From NCBI GenBank assembly GCA_015065045.1, contig SVRB01000003.1:1-33646 (forward strand): DNA of 33,646 nucleotides, given 5' to 3'. This DNA comes from Oscillospiraceae bacterium (lineage in GTDB: Bacteria; Bacillota; Clostridia; Oscillospirales; CAG-272). The notes beneath the pieces are model-generated. The model was not told the origin of the DNA. It saw only the letters and a list, made by a program, of their open reading frames with translations, and ran no database searches. A program made the translations under genes and the position numbers. Position 1 is the first letter of the stretch. Each line of letters begins with the position of its first letter. This document shows positions 24,909 to 33,646 of the stretch, piece by piece.

Positions 24909-26012
24909 TCAATTTTCAAGATCAGCAACGGAAATATCAAAATCTTCATCGAGATCAATATTTTCCGACTGCGCTCCCTCTCCGTTTTTAAATCTTTCGA
25001 GAATTCTTTCCTCTACAAGCTTAAACAATTCGGGATTATCCTCCAAAGCCTGACGAGCATTATCTCTACCCTGAGCAAGACGGTTGCCGTCAATATAGAA
25101 CCAAGCTCCGCTCTTTTCGATAATTCCCATATCAACGCCAACTTCAACAAGCTCGCTTGACTTTGATATACCCTTACCGTACAAGATATCAAATTCAGCA
25201 GTCTTGAAAGGAGGGGCAACTTTATTTTTAACGATCTTACATTTAACTCTGTTACCGTATGATTCAGAACCGTTCTTAAGTGTTTCAACACGTCTGATAT
25301 CAATTCTTACGGAAGCGTAGTATTTAAGCGCAGTACCGCCTGAGGTTACCTCAGGGTTTCCGTACATAACGCCGATCTTCATACGGAGCTGGTTAATAAA
25401 GATAACAACGCAGTTAGACTTTGCGATAGAACCTGAAAGCTTACGCAATGCCTGAGACATAAGTCTTGCCTGTCCTGCAACCTGAGCGTCTCCGATATCA
25501 CCGTCAATTTCCTGCTGTGTAACAAGCGCCGCTACAGAGTCAACTACAACAACGTCAACAGCACCTGAACGTACCAAAGCATCAAGAATACCGAGCGCCG
25601 CTTCACCGCTTTCGGGCTGTGAAACAAGAAGCTCGTCAACGTCAACACCAATAGCTCCCGCATACTGAGGGTCTAATGCGTTTTCAACGTCTATATATGC
25701 AGCAGTACCGCCGGTTTTCTGAACCTCAGATACAACGTGCAAAGCAAGTGTAGTTTTACCCGATGCTTCAGGGCCGTAAATTTCAATTATTCTTCCTCTC
25801 GGAACACCGCCGACACCCAAAGCCAAGTCCAAAGACAATGACCCCGTAGATACAGCAGTAACGTTCATGCTTGTATTTTCGCCAAGCTTCATAATTGAGC
25901 CTGCGCCGTGATCCTTTGTAATCTGCATAAGCGCAGTTTGAAGCGCTTTTTTCTTCGCTTCTTTATCTTGTATTTGTCCAACAGTTTCAGTCTTTTTTGC
26001 TTTCTGTGCCAT
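24909..26012 (-). CDS. recA: Recombinase RecA
   Basis: [48 protein letters not shown]. Confidence 0.99.
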   Translation of the reverse strand: MAQKAKKTETVGQIQDKEAKKKALQTALMQITKDHGAGSIMKLGENTSMNVTAVSTGSLSLDLALGVGGVPRGRIIEIYGPEASGKTTLALHVVSEVQKTGGTAAYIDVENALDPQYAGAIGVDVDELLVSQPESGEAALGILDALVRSGAVDVVVVDSVAALVTQQEIDGDIGDAQVAGQARLMSQALRKLSGSIAKSNCVVIFINQLRMKIGVMYGNPEVTSGGTALKYYASVRIDIRRVETLKNGSESYGNRVKCKIVKNKVAPPFKTAEFDILYGKGISKSSELVEVGVDMGIIEKSGAWFYIDGNRLAQGRDNARQALEDNPELFKLVEERILERFKNGEGAQSENIDLDEDFDISVADLEN

Positions 26013-26087
26013 AATTTTAATATCCCCTTCTTTTTATCTGCAAACGATTAAAAATCTTCAAAAAATTACACACTTACATATAAAATT

Positions 26088-26116
26088 ATTTTATCAAATT
26101 CTAACCGTTTTGTCAA
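26088..26116 (-). promoter_or_regulatory. Sigma-A promoter of recA
   Basis: TTGACA-17 nt-TAAAAT with extended TGn. Confidence 0.75.
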
Positions 26117-26267
26117 TCTTAACATTATATCTATTATACTTTATTTACAAAATATTATATACTTTTTGCAAATACTGTGATATAATAACATAAACAAAAA
26201 AATGTTTCTCCCCACGTTTAACTTTTTTAATAAATATAACTAATTCAAACCAAAGAGGATATAACAA

Positions 26268-27266
26268 ATGGCAGAAAAAAATTGTCGTCTCGGTACTGTC
26301 GGCGGTCAAGCCGTTATCGAAGGCGTTATGATGAAAAATAAAGACAAATTTGCCCTTGCCGTACGTATGCCCGAAGGTAACATAAGAGTTACCGAGGACA
26401 GCTGTAAAAGCATTAAGGACAAATACAAAATATTTAATCTTCCCATAATCAGAGGAATTGTAAATCTTGTTGAATCGATGATCTTGTCGATGAAAACACT
26501 TACTATTTCCGCTGATGCTTTTGGAATAGAGGAAGAAGAAACCAAGTTTGAGATATGGCTTAAAGAAAAATTCGGAAAAAGCCTTATCGACGTTATAATG
26601 GTGATAGCAATGATTCTCGGAGTTGCTCTCGGAGTCGGACTTTTCTTCTTTCTTCCGTTATGGCTTTCATCGTTCGTATCAAAGGGTACAAGCGGAGAAT
26701 CAAAATGGTACGCAACCCTCATTGAAGGTGGAATTAAGATTGGTATTTTCATTTTGTACATCTGGCTCGTTTCATTTATGAAGGATATTAAGCGTGTATT
26801 TGAATATCACGGTGCTGAACATAAAACGATCTTCTGTTATGAAGCAGGAGAAGAGCTTACTCCCGAAAACGTAAAGAAATTCAAAAGATTTCATCCCAGA
26901 TGCGGCACAAGCTTTATTTTCGTAATACTTTTGCTCAGCATACTCGTTTCGTCCATTGTGTATTCACTTCCCTTTATCAAGTCAAGCATTTATCTTAAGT
27001 TTGCATCAAAGCTTTTAACCCTTCCGCTTACTGTCGGTATCGGATATGAATTTATAAGATTTGCAGGAAAGCACGACAACGTAATTACAAGACTTTTGTC
27101 AGCTCCGGGTCTTTGGATGCAAAAGCTTACCACAAAAGAACCTGATGAAACACAGATCGAAGTAGCTATAGCATCACTCAAATGCGCTCTTCCCGAAGAA
27201 TTTCCCGAAGCCAGAGAAATATATAACCCCGAAGAATACAAAAAGGCAGAAGTAACAAAAGAATGA
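26268..27266 (+). CDS. DUF1385 domain membrane protein
   Basis: GGQAVIEGVMM, YHGAEHK, HPRCGTSF, PGLWMQKLTTKEPD. Confidence 0.93.
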   Translation: MAEKNCRLGTVGGQAVIEGVMMKNKDKFALAVRMPEGNIRVTEDSCKSIKDKYKIFNLPIIRGIVNLVESMILSMKTLTISADAFGIEEEETKFEIWLKEKFGKSLIDVIMVIAMILGVALGVGLFFFLPLWLSSFVSKGTSGESKWYATLIEGGIKIGIFILYIWLVSFMKDIKRVFEYHGAEHKTIFCYEAGEELTPENVKKFKRFHPRCGTSFIFVILLLSILVSSIVYSLPFIKSSIYLKFASKLLTLPLTVGIGYEFIRFAGKHDNVITRLLSAPGLWMQKLTTKEPDETQIEVAIASLKCALPEEFPEAREIYNPEEYKKAEVTKE

Positions 27267-27970
27267 ACGATATCGATATTATAAAATCGTATTATTCTGG
27301 TGATGAACTAAAAATTGCGCTCGAAAAATACGAAAGCGGAATTCCTGCTGCTTATATCATAGGTGAATGGGAATTTTTCGGAGACAGATATTACGTAAAC
27401 GAAGACTGTCTTATTCCGCGATGCGATACAGAAAGAGTTGTCGAAAAGGTTCTTTCTTGCATAAACGGAAGTAAAACCATTGCCGATATATGTACGGGCT
27501 CAGGCTGTATTGCAATTTCTGTTTTAAAAAGAAAAACAGAAGCTGTCGGACTTGCCATTGATATTTCAAGTAATGCTATAGAAGCTGCAAAAAAGAACGC
27601 TGAGATCAATAATGTTTCTGACAGACTTGAATTTATCTGCGCTGATATATTCAGTGATCCTTTAGGCGATAAAAAATTTGATATAATAATTTCAAACCCA
27701 CCGTATATACGCACAGACGTTCTCGACTCTCTTGATGAATACGTAAAAAAAGAACCCGTAATAGCTCTTGACGGCGGAGATGACGGTATGATGTTTTACA
27801 ATTATATCGTTACTAACTGCAAAAAGAACCTGAAACAAAACGGCATATTTATTTTTGAAATAGGCTATGATCAGGAAGATAGCATAAAACTATTGGCAAA
27901 GCAAAACGGCTTTGACTGTGAAATTACAAAAGACTACTCGGGCAACCCCCGTGTTGCTTTATTAAAATAA
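27263..27970 (+). CDS. prmC: Release factor glutamine methyltransferase PrmC/HemK (short N-terminus)
   Basis: P-AYIIG, LIPR, DICTGSGCIA, SNPPY, ALDGGDDG, FEIGYDQ; ATGA overlap with DUF1385. Confidence 0.92.
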   Translation: MNDIDIIKSYYSGDELKIALEKYESGIPAAYIIGEWEFFGDRYYVNEDCLIPRCDTERVVEKVLSCINGSKTIADICTGSGCIAISVLKRKTEAVGLAIDISSNAIEAAKKNAEINNVSDRLEFICADIFSDPLGDKKFDIIISNPPYIRTDVLDSLDEYVKKEPVIALDGGDDGMMFYNYIVTNCKKNLKQNGIFIFEIGYDQEDSIKLLAKQNGFDCEITKDYSGNPRVALLK

Positions 27971-27990
27971 TATATTTCTTTGGAGGAAAT

Positions 27991-28992
27991 ATGAAAAGAT
28001 CAATAAAATTACTCAGTTTAATACTTGCTCTCATTATGTCAGCATCTATTCTTACAGGATGCTTCGGAAGAAGAAAAGGCGAGCCCCCTGTTTCAACATC
28101 CGATAAAAGGGTTGTTATGACACTCGGTGGATACAACGTTACTTACGATTTTTACAGATATCTTTTCCTTAACACAAAAGACTATCTTTCTGACGGCGAT
28201 AAAGACTTCTGGACAAAAGAAGGCAATGACGTTGAAATGGTAAAGAAATATATTATTGATTCGCTCAATGATACTTATGCAATGTTTACTCTTGCAGATA
28301 AATATGAAATTACTCTTCCCGACGAAGAAAAGAGTTATATTGATAATATGATCCAGCAGAGCAAGGGCACGATGACTGATGAGGAATTCAAGAAATCTCT
28401 TGCAGAAAGCTATATGACACCTGAATTATATAGATTTATTCTTGAAGTACAGCAGCTCGAAATTTTGGTATACAATCACATTATTGCAGAAGACAGCGGT
28501 ATTATTTTTGCAGATGACAAAACGGTAAAAAAAGCAGTAAGTGAAGATTTTGTAAGAGCAACTCATATACTTTTCTTAATTGAAGACGAAGAAGGAAAAA
28601 CTGAAAAGAAGGAATTAGCCGATCAGCTTCTCCAAAGACTTAAAAACGGCGAAGACTTTGAAGCTTTAAAAGAAGAATACAGTGAAGATACCGGCCTTAA
28701 GGGCAATACCGACGGATATTACTTCTTGCGTGGCGTATACGATAAAGCCTTTGAAGATGCAGCGTTTAATCTCAAAGAAGGCGAAATAAGTGAAGTTGTT
28801 ACAAGTGATCTCGGATATCACATTATAAAAAGACTTCCCATTGATGATAAATACGTTGACGACAACCTCGAGGATCTTCGTTCTCAGTATTTAACTTCAA
28901 AGTATTATGAAATAATCGAAGAAACGTATAAGGATTTTGAGGCAAGCTATAAAAAGGATTACTCTGACATTAAGCTTGATTCCTTCAACTGA
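27991..28992 (+). CDS. Parvulin-type peptidyl-prolyl isomerase lipoprotein (PrsA-like)
   Basis: Lipobox LTGC; ATHIL, GEDF...YSED, FEDAAF.L..GEIS, GYHII. Confidence 0.88.
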   Translation: MKRSIKLLSLILALIMSASILTGCFGRRKGEPPVSTSDKRVVMTLGGYNVTYDFYRYLFLNTKDYLSDGDKDFWTKEGNDVEMVKKYIIDSLNDTYAMFTLADKYEITLPDEEKSYIDNMIQQSKGTMTDEEFKKSLAESYMTPELYRFILEVQQLEILVYNHIIAEDSGIIFADDKTVKKAVSEDFVRATHILFLIEDEEGKTEKKELADQLLQRLKNGEDFEALKEEYSEDTGLKGNTDGYYFLRGVYDKAFEDAAFNLKEGEISEVVTSDLGYHIIKRLPIDDKYVDDNLEDLRSQYLTSKYYEIIEETYKDFEASYKKDYSDIKLDSFN

Positions 28993-28997
28993 TGTGT

Positions 28998-29915
28998 ATG
29001 AGCGAATTTATTAAGGGTACTATAATAAAAGGGCTCGGCGGTCTTTACGAAATATTGACCGAAGACGGAAACAGAATAAACTGCAAGGCAAAGGGGTCTT
29101 TCAGACACGAAAAAATAACGCCCTATGCAGGCGACAACGTTATAGTTAAGCAAACGGACAACGGCGCTGTTATAGAAGAAATAACAGACAGAAAAAACAA
29201 TCTAATCCGTCCGCCCGTCGCAAATATTGATATATTATTTGTAATCATCGCGGCGGCGAAACCCTCTCCCATATTGGCTATCACCGACAAGCTTATTTCG
29301 ATTGCCGAATTTAACAAAATCGAGCCGGTGATTATCGTAAGCAAGACCGACCTTGACGGTGCGGAGGCTGAACGAATTGCCGATATATACAGAAGATCAG
29401 GCTTTACTGTGTTTACGTCAAGCATTGACAGCGACAAGAAATCTCTCACCGAATTCGTAAAGCAATACGCAAACGGAAAGATCTCCGCATTTGCAGGAGC
29501 GTCGGGCGTTGGAAAATCAACGGTCATTAACGCTCTATTTCCCAAGCTTTCACTTGAAACGGGTGACGTTAGCCATAAGACCGAAAGGGGTAAGCATACA
29601 ACAAGACACGTTGAGCTTTTCGGACTCGACTATTTGACAGACGATGAGAATATGACCGGTTACATAGCCGATACTCCGGGATTCAGTCTTATTGATTTTA
29701 CAAGATTTGACTTTTATAAAAAGGACGACCTTGTGTACACGTTCAGAGAATTTGACGACTATCTCGGCACTTGTAAATATACAAAATGCTCACACACAAC
29801 CGAGGACGGCTGTAAGATCATCGAGGCTGTCAATAACGGAATTATCCCAAAAGAAAGACACGACAGCTATATTGAAATTTACAACACAATAAAAAATAAA
29901 CACGATTGGGATTAA
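28998..29915 (+). CDS. rsgA: Ribosome small subunit-dependent GTPase A
   Basis: RPPVANID, SKTDL, GASGVGKS, GKHTTR, DTPGF, CxxxxCxHxxxxxC. ATG 28998 or 28992. Confidence 0.96.
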   Translation: MSEFIKGTIIKGLGGLYEILTEDGNRINCKAKGSFRHEKITPYAGDNVIVKQTDNGAVIEEITDRKNNLIRPPVANIDILFVIIAAAKPSPILAITDKLISIAEFNKIEPVIIVSKTDLDGAEAERIADIYRRSGFTVFTSSIDSDKKSLTEFVKQYANGKISAFAGASGVGKSTVINALFPKLSLETGDVSHKTERGKHTTRHVELFGLDYLTDDENMTGYIADTPGFSLIDFTRFDFYKKDDLVYTFREFDDYLGTCKYTKCSHTTEDGCKIIEAVNNGIIPKERHDSYIEIYNTIKNKHDWD

Positions 29916-29922
29916 GTAAAAT

Positions 29923-29951
29923 AAAAACGGATGCAATAAGCATCCGTTTTT
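29923..29951. terminator. Bidirectional terminator between rsgA and the flavin reductase gene
   Basis: AAAAACGGATGC-aataa-GCATCCGTTTTT. Confidence 0.85.
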
Positions 29952-30542
29952 TTATTTCTTTTTGTTATAATGCTTTTTCGGCTTTTTCTTCTTAACGGAA
30001 AAACCGAAGTTACCAATCTTCTTACCAAGCTCAAAATATTCGCCGTGAGCAAAAGCGCACAGCTTCGCTTTTTCAAGATGAAGCTTACCATCCTCGCCAA
30101 GCAAGCTTTCGTCAACGTTTATGGCAGTTATATCAGCAATAAACATATGATGCGAACCAAGCTCAACTATATCAGTTACCTTACATTCAAGATTCATAGG
30201 ACATTCTTCGATCAAAGGACATTCAACCGTCTCAGCCTTAGCTTTTGTAAGCTTGCATTTTTCAAATTTGTCAACCTTTGCACCCGTATATATCCCGCAA
30301 TAGTCCGCTTCCTTTACAAGCGAAGAGGGGGTAAGATTTATGACAAATTCTTTTGTTGACTTAATCATCTCAAAAGAGTGTCTTTGCGGTCTTACAGATA
30401 TATAAGTTTTCGGAGGATTTGAATTAAGTATTCCCGTCCATGCGATCGTGATAATATTAGAATTATCCATATCACCGCACGATACCATAACAGGCGGAAC
30501 GGGTGCTAAAAGAGTACCGCCCTTCCAAACAACCTTACTCAA
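29952..30542 (-). CDS. Flavin reductase family protein (flavoredoxin-like)
   Basis: LAPVPPVMVSC, NIITIAW, EFVINL, DYCG...DKF, ECKV...LGSH. Confidence 0.9.
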   Translation of the reverse strand: MSKVVWKGGTLLAPVPPVMVSCGDMDNSNIITIAWTGILNSNPPKTYISVRPQRHSFEMIKSTKEFVINLTPSSLVKEADYCGIYTGAKVDKFEKCKLTKAKAETVECPLIEECPMNLECKVTDIVELGSHHMFIADITAINVDESLLGEDGKLHLEKAKLCAFAHGEYFELGKKIGNFGFSVKKKKPKKHYNKKK

Positions 30543-30548
30543 TTTATT

Positions 30549-31631
30549 TTATCCTTTCTTTTGCTGAACAGCAAGATCAACAAGCTTATCAATAAGATTT
30601 GTATACGTATATCCGCTATGTATTGCCATTTTGGGATAGAGACTTATTGAAGTGAAACCGGGAAGCGTATTTATTTCATTAAATACGATTCTCTCTTCCT
30701 CTCCGCACACGAAGAAATCAACTCTTGAAAGACCCTTGCAGTCAAGTGTCTTGAAGATCTTTTCTGCTGTATTTTTCAAATTTATCCAGGTTTCTTCTTT
30801 TACCTTCGCAGGAATCTGGTTTGTTGACGTGCCGTTATTGTACTTGTCATCGTAGTCATAGAAATCAGCATCAGAAATAATCTCACCGCAAGTGAGCGCA
30901 ACAGGATCTTCGTTGCCGATCACAGCGACCTCTACTTCTCTGCCGACTATGGCTTCTTCAATAAGAATCTTACCGTCAAACTTTTCGGCATTTTCGATTG
31001 CAGCTTTTAATTCAGTATCGTTTCTTGCCTTTGACACTCCAACAGATGAACCTGAGTTTGCAGGTTTAACGAAAACGGGATAACCAAGTTTTTCCTCAAC
31101 ATCGCTCTTAATAGCGTCAAATTCGTTTGCAACCTGACCTTTTAAAACGTAAACGCATTTTGCAAGAGGGATATCGTAGTTTTCGAGAAGCATTTTTGTA
31201 AACGCTTTATCCATACATACTGCAGATGATGCGCATCCGGGGCCAACGTATCCAACACCACTCATATCGAGCATACCCTGAAGTCTTCCGTCCTCGCAGT
31301 ACGCTCCGTGCATAACGGGAAATACAGCGTCAACAGCCACTCTTTCAGCTTTGCCGTCAGCGTCTACAGCATATACGGCATGATCGCCGAAGCTCGTGGA
31401 AAAGAGTGCTTTTTTAAGGAACGCGCTATCATTTGCCCAAGTGTTGTTTAATATATTTTCGTCAGCGCCACTATACAAGTACATCTTACCGTCTCTTGTT
31501 ATGCCCACTCTTGAAATATTGTACTTTTCTCTGTCAATGTTTGAAAGAACAGAATAAGAAGACTTTAAGGAAACCTCATATTCTGTGGAATTTCCACCAA
31601 ACATTATGCACAAATTTATTTTTTTCTCCAT
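30549..31631 (-). CDS. ddl: D-alanine--D-alanine ligase
   Basis: GGNSTEYEVS, HGAYCEDG, KPANSGSSVG, FYDYDDKY, RVDFF, NEINTLPGFT. Confidence 0.96.
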   Translation of the reverse strand: MEKKINLCIMFGGNSTEYEVSLKSSYSVLSNIDREKYNISRVGITRDGKMYLYSGADENILNNTWANDSAFLKKALFSTSFGDHAVYAVDADGKAERVAVDAVFPVMHGAYCEDGRLQGMLDMSGVGYVGPGCASSAVCMDKAFTKMLLENYDIPLAKCVYVLKGQVANEFDAIKSDVEEKLGYPVFVKPANSGSSVGVSKARNDTELKAAIENAEKFDGKILIEEAIVGREVEVAVIGNEDPVALTCGEIISDADFYDYDDKYNNGTSTNQIPAKVKEETWINLKNTAEKIFKTLDCKGLSRVDFFVCGEEERIVFNEINTLPGFTSISLYPKMAIHSGYTYTNLIDKLVDLAVQQKKG

Positions 31632-31671
31632 TACAAATCATCTCCGTAAATATCGTATATAATACCATATT

Positions 31672-31700
31672 ATTCTATCATAACCCGATATGTTTGTCAA
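31672..31700 (-). promoter_or_regulatory. Sigma-A promoter of ddl
   Basis: TTGACA-17 nt-TAGAAT with extended TGn. Confidence 0.7.
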
Positions 31701-31725
31701 TAAATCCATACCATAAGTTATAATA

Positions 31726-32110
31726 CGGGAGGAGCAAGCCCCTCCCCTACCAATATCAATATTTTCTCATAAAGCAATAAATCTTCCACATACCAGGGAG
31801 GGTTCCGAGGGAGGAAATCCCTCGGCCGTTTGAAAGGGTGGGGTCAGGGGGAGGGGAGGATCGGAACTCCCCTCCCTTGTGCCTTCTTTGGTTACTTTCT
31901 TGACACGCAAGAAAGTAACGTAAAAAAAGAAAAGATAATATTATTTTGACAAATAATACATCTTAGAAAAAAAGAAAAAAGCTGACGCTTTTTTCGAAGG
32001 AGCACAAAAAGTCAGGAGCTTCGCTCCCGAACCCACACCAAAGATGCTTTTTGAAAAAAGCACCTTTGGAATCCGCAAAAACTTTAATACTTTATTATTT
32101 TTGCAAAAAC
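31726..32110. repeat. Composite palindromic intergenic repeat cluster, copy B
   Basis: Same module order and orientation as 3157-3632; begins with REP half CGGGAGGAGCAAGCCCCTCCCCTAC. Confidence 0.92.
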
Positions 32111-32141
32111 TATAAATAGGCAAATTATCACATAAAAATAA

Positions 32142-32161
32142 TCCCCTTTAAATAAAGGGGA
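32142..32161 (-). terminator. Intrinsic terminator of clpC
   Basis: TCCCCTTTA...TAAAGGGGA stem followed by TTATTTTT on the minus strand. Confidence 0.7.
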
Positions 32162-32171
32162 CTATTTTTAT

Positions 32172-33646
32172 TTAATTCTTTTCGTAGACAATAACACCAT
32201 TGTCTGCTTTTGCTGTAACCGTATCACCTGTCTTGATCTTGCCTTCAAGCATTTCCGTAGAAAAGCTATCTTCAATCAACCTCTGGATCGTGCGTCGCAA
32301 GGGACGCGCTCCAAATGACGGATCAAATCCCTCTTTTGATACAAGCTTTGTTACGCTTTCATCAAACGTAATATCGACACCGATAGCCTCTATTCTCTTG
32401 CCTATCTCTCTAAGCATAATGCCGGAAATTCTTTCAATATCCTCGCCCACAAGCTTATTGAATATAACGATCTCATCAATACGATTTATGAATTCAGGCC
32501 TGAACGTTTGCTTAAGATGCGACATAAGCAAGCTCTTGACATCAGCCTTCTCTTTTTCTGTATTTTCTGCCGATGCAAAACCAAGGCTTCTCTTTGTTTC
32601 AAGCGCAGATGCGCCTACGTTTGAAGTCATAATGATTACCGTATTTTTAAAATCAACTCGTCTTCCCTGAGAATCGGTCAATATTCCGTCCTCAAGCACC
32701 TGCAAAAGCATATTAAACACGTCGGGATGTGCTTTTTCAATCTCGTCAAACAAGACGACCGAATAAGGCTTACGTCGTATTTTTTCGGTAAGCTGTCCGC
32801 CCTCGTCGTATCCTACGTATCCGGGAGGAGAGCCTATAAGCTTTGATACGCTGTGTTTTTCCATATATTCAGACATATCAATTCTTATCATAGCGTTTTC
32901 GTCACCGAAAAGTATATCCGCCAAAGCCTTTGTAAGCTCTGTCTTACCAACACCCGTAGGACCTAAAAACAGAAAGCTTCCCATAGGTCTCTTTGGATCT
33001 TTAAGTCCCATTCTGCCTCGTCTTATGGCTCTTGAAACTGCAGAAACAGCATCGTCCTGACCGATTATTCTTGCTTTAAGAATACTTTCAAGCTTCAATA
33101 ATTTTTCGCTTTCTTCCTCAGCAAGCTTCTTAACGGGAATTCCCGTCCAAAGAGTAACTATGTCGGCAATATCCTCTTTTGTTAAGCTCAAAGTCTCTCC
33201 GCCCAATTTTTCTTTCCAAGCAGTCTTATTCTTTTCATATTCTTCGCGAAGCTCTTTTTCTTTATCACGCAAGCTTGCTGCCTTTTCGAAATCCTGCGCC
33301 TTTATTGCCTCTTCCTTTTCCGATGATATGTTCTTCAAATCTTCCTCTATCATCTTTATATCGGAAGGCATCGTATAGTTATTTATTCTCTTTTTCGACG
33401 CCGCCTCGTCAATTAAATCTATCGCCTTATCGGGAAGGTATCTATCGTTTATATAGCGTGTCGACAGCTTAACTGCTTCCTCGATACACTCATCGGGGAT
33501 TTTTACTTTGTGGTGGGATTCATACTTATCTCTAAGCCCCTTGAGTATCAATACAGCCTCTTCCTTTGTCGGCTCGCCAACCATAACCGACTGAAAACGT
33601 CTCTCAAGCGCCGAATCCTTTTCTATATGCTTTCTGTATTCCTCGA
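32172..33646 (-). CDS. clpC: ATP-dependent Clp protease ATPase subunit ClpC (partial; 5' end outside the window)
   Basis: Frame stays open to the window edge (EEYRKHIEKDSALERRFQ); LPDKAIDLIDEA, UVR coil, GPTGVGKTE, FDEIEKAHPDV, LGF ClpP-docking loop, GARPLRR. Confidence 0.95.
   Translation of the reverse strand, partial: EEYRKHIEKDSALERRFQSVMVGEPTKEEAVLILKGLRDKYESHHKVKIPDECIEEAVKLSTRYINDRYLPDKAIDLIDEAASKKRINNYTMPSDIKMIEEDLKNISSEKEEAIKAQDFEKAASLRDKEKELREEYEKNKTAWKEKLGGETLSLTKEDIADIVTLWTGIPVKKLAEEESEKLLKLESILKARIIGQDDAVSAVSRAIRRGRMGLKDPKRPMGSFLFLGPTGVGKTELTKALADILFGDENAMIRIDMSEYMEKHSVSKLIGSPPGYVGYDEGGQLTEKIRRKPYSVVLFDEIEKAHPDVFNMLLQVLEDGILTDSQGRRVDFKNTVIIMTSNVGASALETKRSLGFASAENTEKEKADVKSLLMSHLKQTFRPEFINRIDEIVIFNKLVGEDIERISGIMLREIGKRIEAIGVDITFDESVTKLVSKEGFDPSFGARPLRRTIQRLIEDSFSTEMLEGKIKTGDTVTAKADNGVIVYEKN

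Noticed and set aside
30549-31631. Possible Van-type D-Ala-D-Lac/D-Ser ligase
   Set aside because: The omega loop FYDYDDKY retains the Tyr typical of D-Ala-D-Ala ligases, and there are no vanH/X/T/R/S neighbours.
31694-31724. Plus-strand TTGTCA...TATAAT as a promoter for repeat copy B
   Set aside because: The 19-nt spacer is poor, the -10 ends only 1 nt before the element, and there is no equivalent before copy A.

Overview
Mostly core-genome window from a low-GC, probably spore-forming Clostridia bacterium (Oscillospirales-like gene content; taxonomy is inference). In order: 3' end of spo0A, ytvI, an ECF S-component divergent from a short PdxR/MocR regulator, ylxM-ffh-rpsP-khpA, hyp-recD2-comFC, metK with a SAM-I riboswitch, ribU with an FMN riboswitch, proBA-nth, zapA-DUF4321-maf-mreBCD-pbp2-BspA-like lipoprotein, a YcxB-family gene, recA-recX-rimO-pgsA, DUF1385-prmC-PPIase-rsgA, ddl-flavin reductase and the 3' part of clpC. 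No CRISPR array, rRNA, tRNA or transposase was seen. Three signals stand out. (1) The MreB in the mreBCD operon has lost both conserved acidic ATPase residues (EEP->KAS, DIGGGT->NIGGGT), suggesting a pseudo-ATPase. (2) A modular, nested non-coding palindromic repeat system occurs at ~3020-3630, ~21436-21697 and ~31726-32110, with GTAG-type REP halves, structure-preserving hairpin changes, a swappable slot, and filled versus empty insertion sites within the same window. (3) A 15-bp hairpin buries the RBS of the hyp-recD2-comFC operon and carries a sporulation-sigma-like -10 in its loop. All calls come from reading motifs by eye; no database searches were run.
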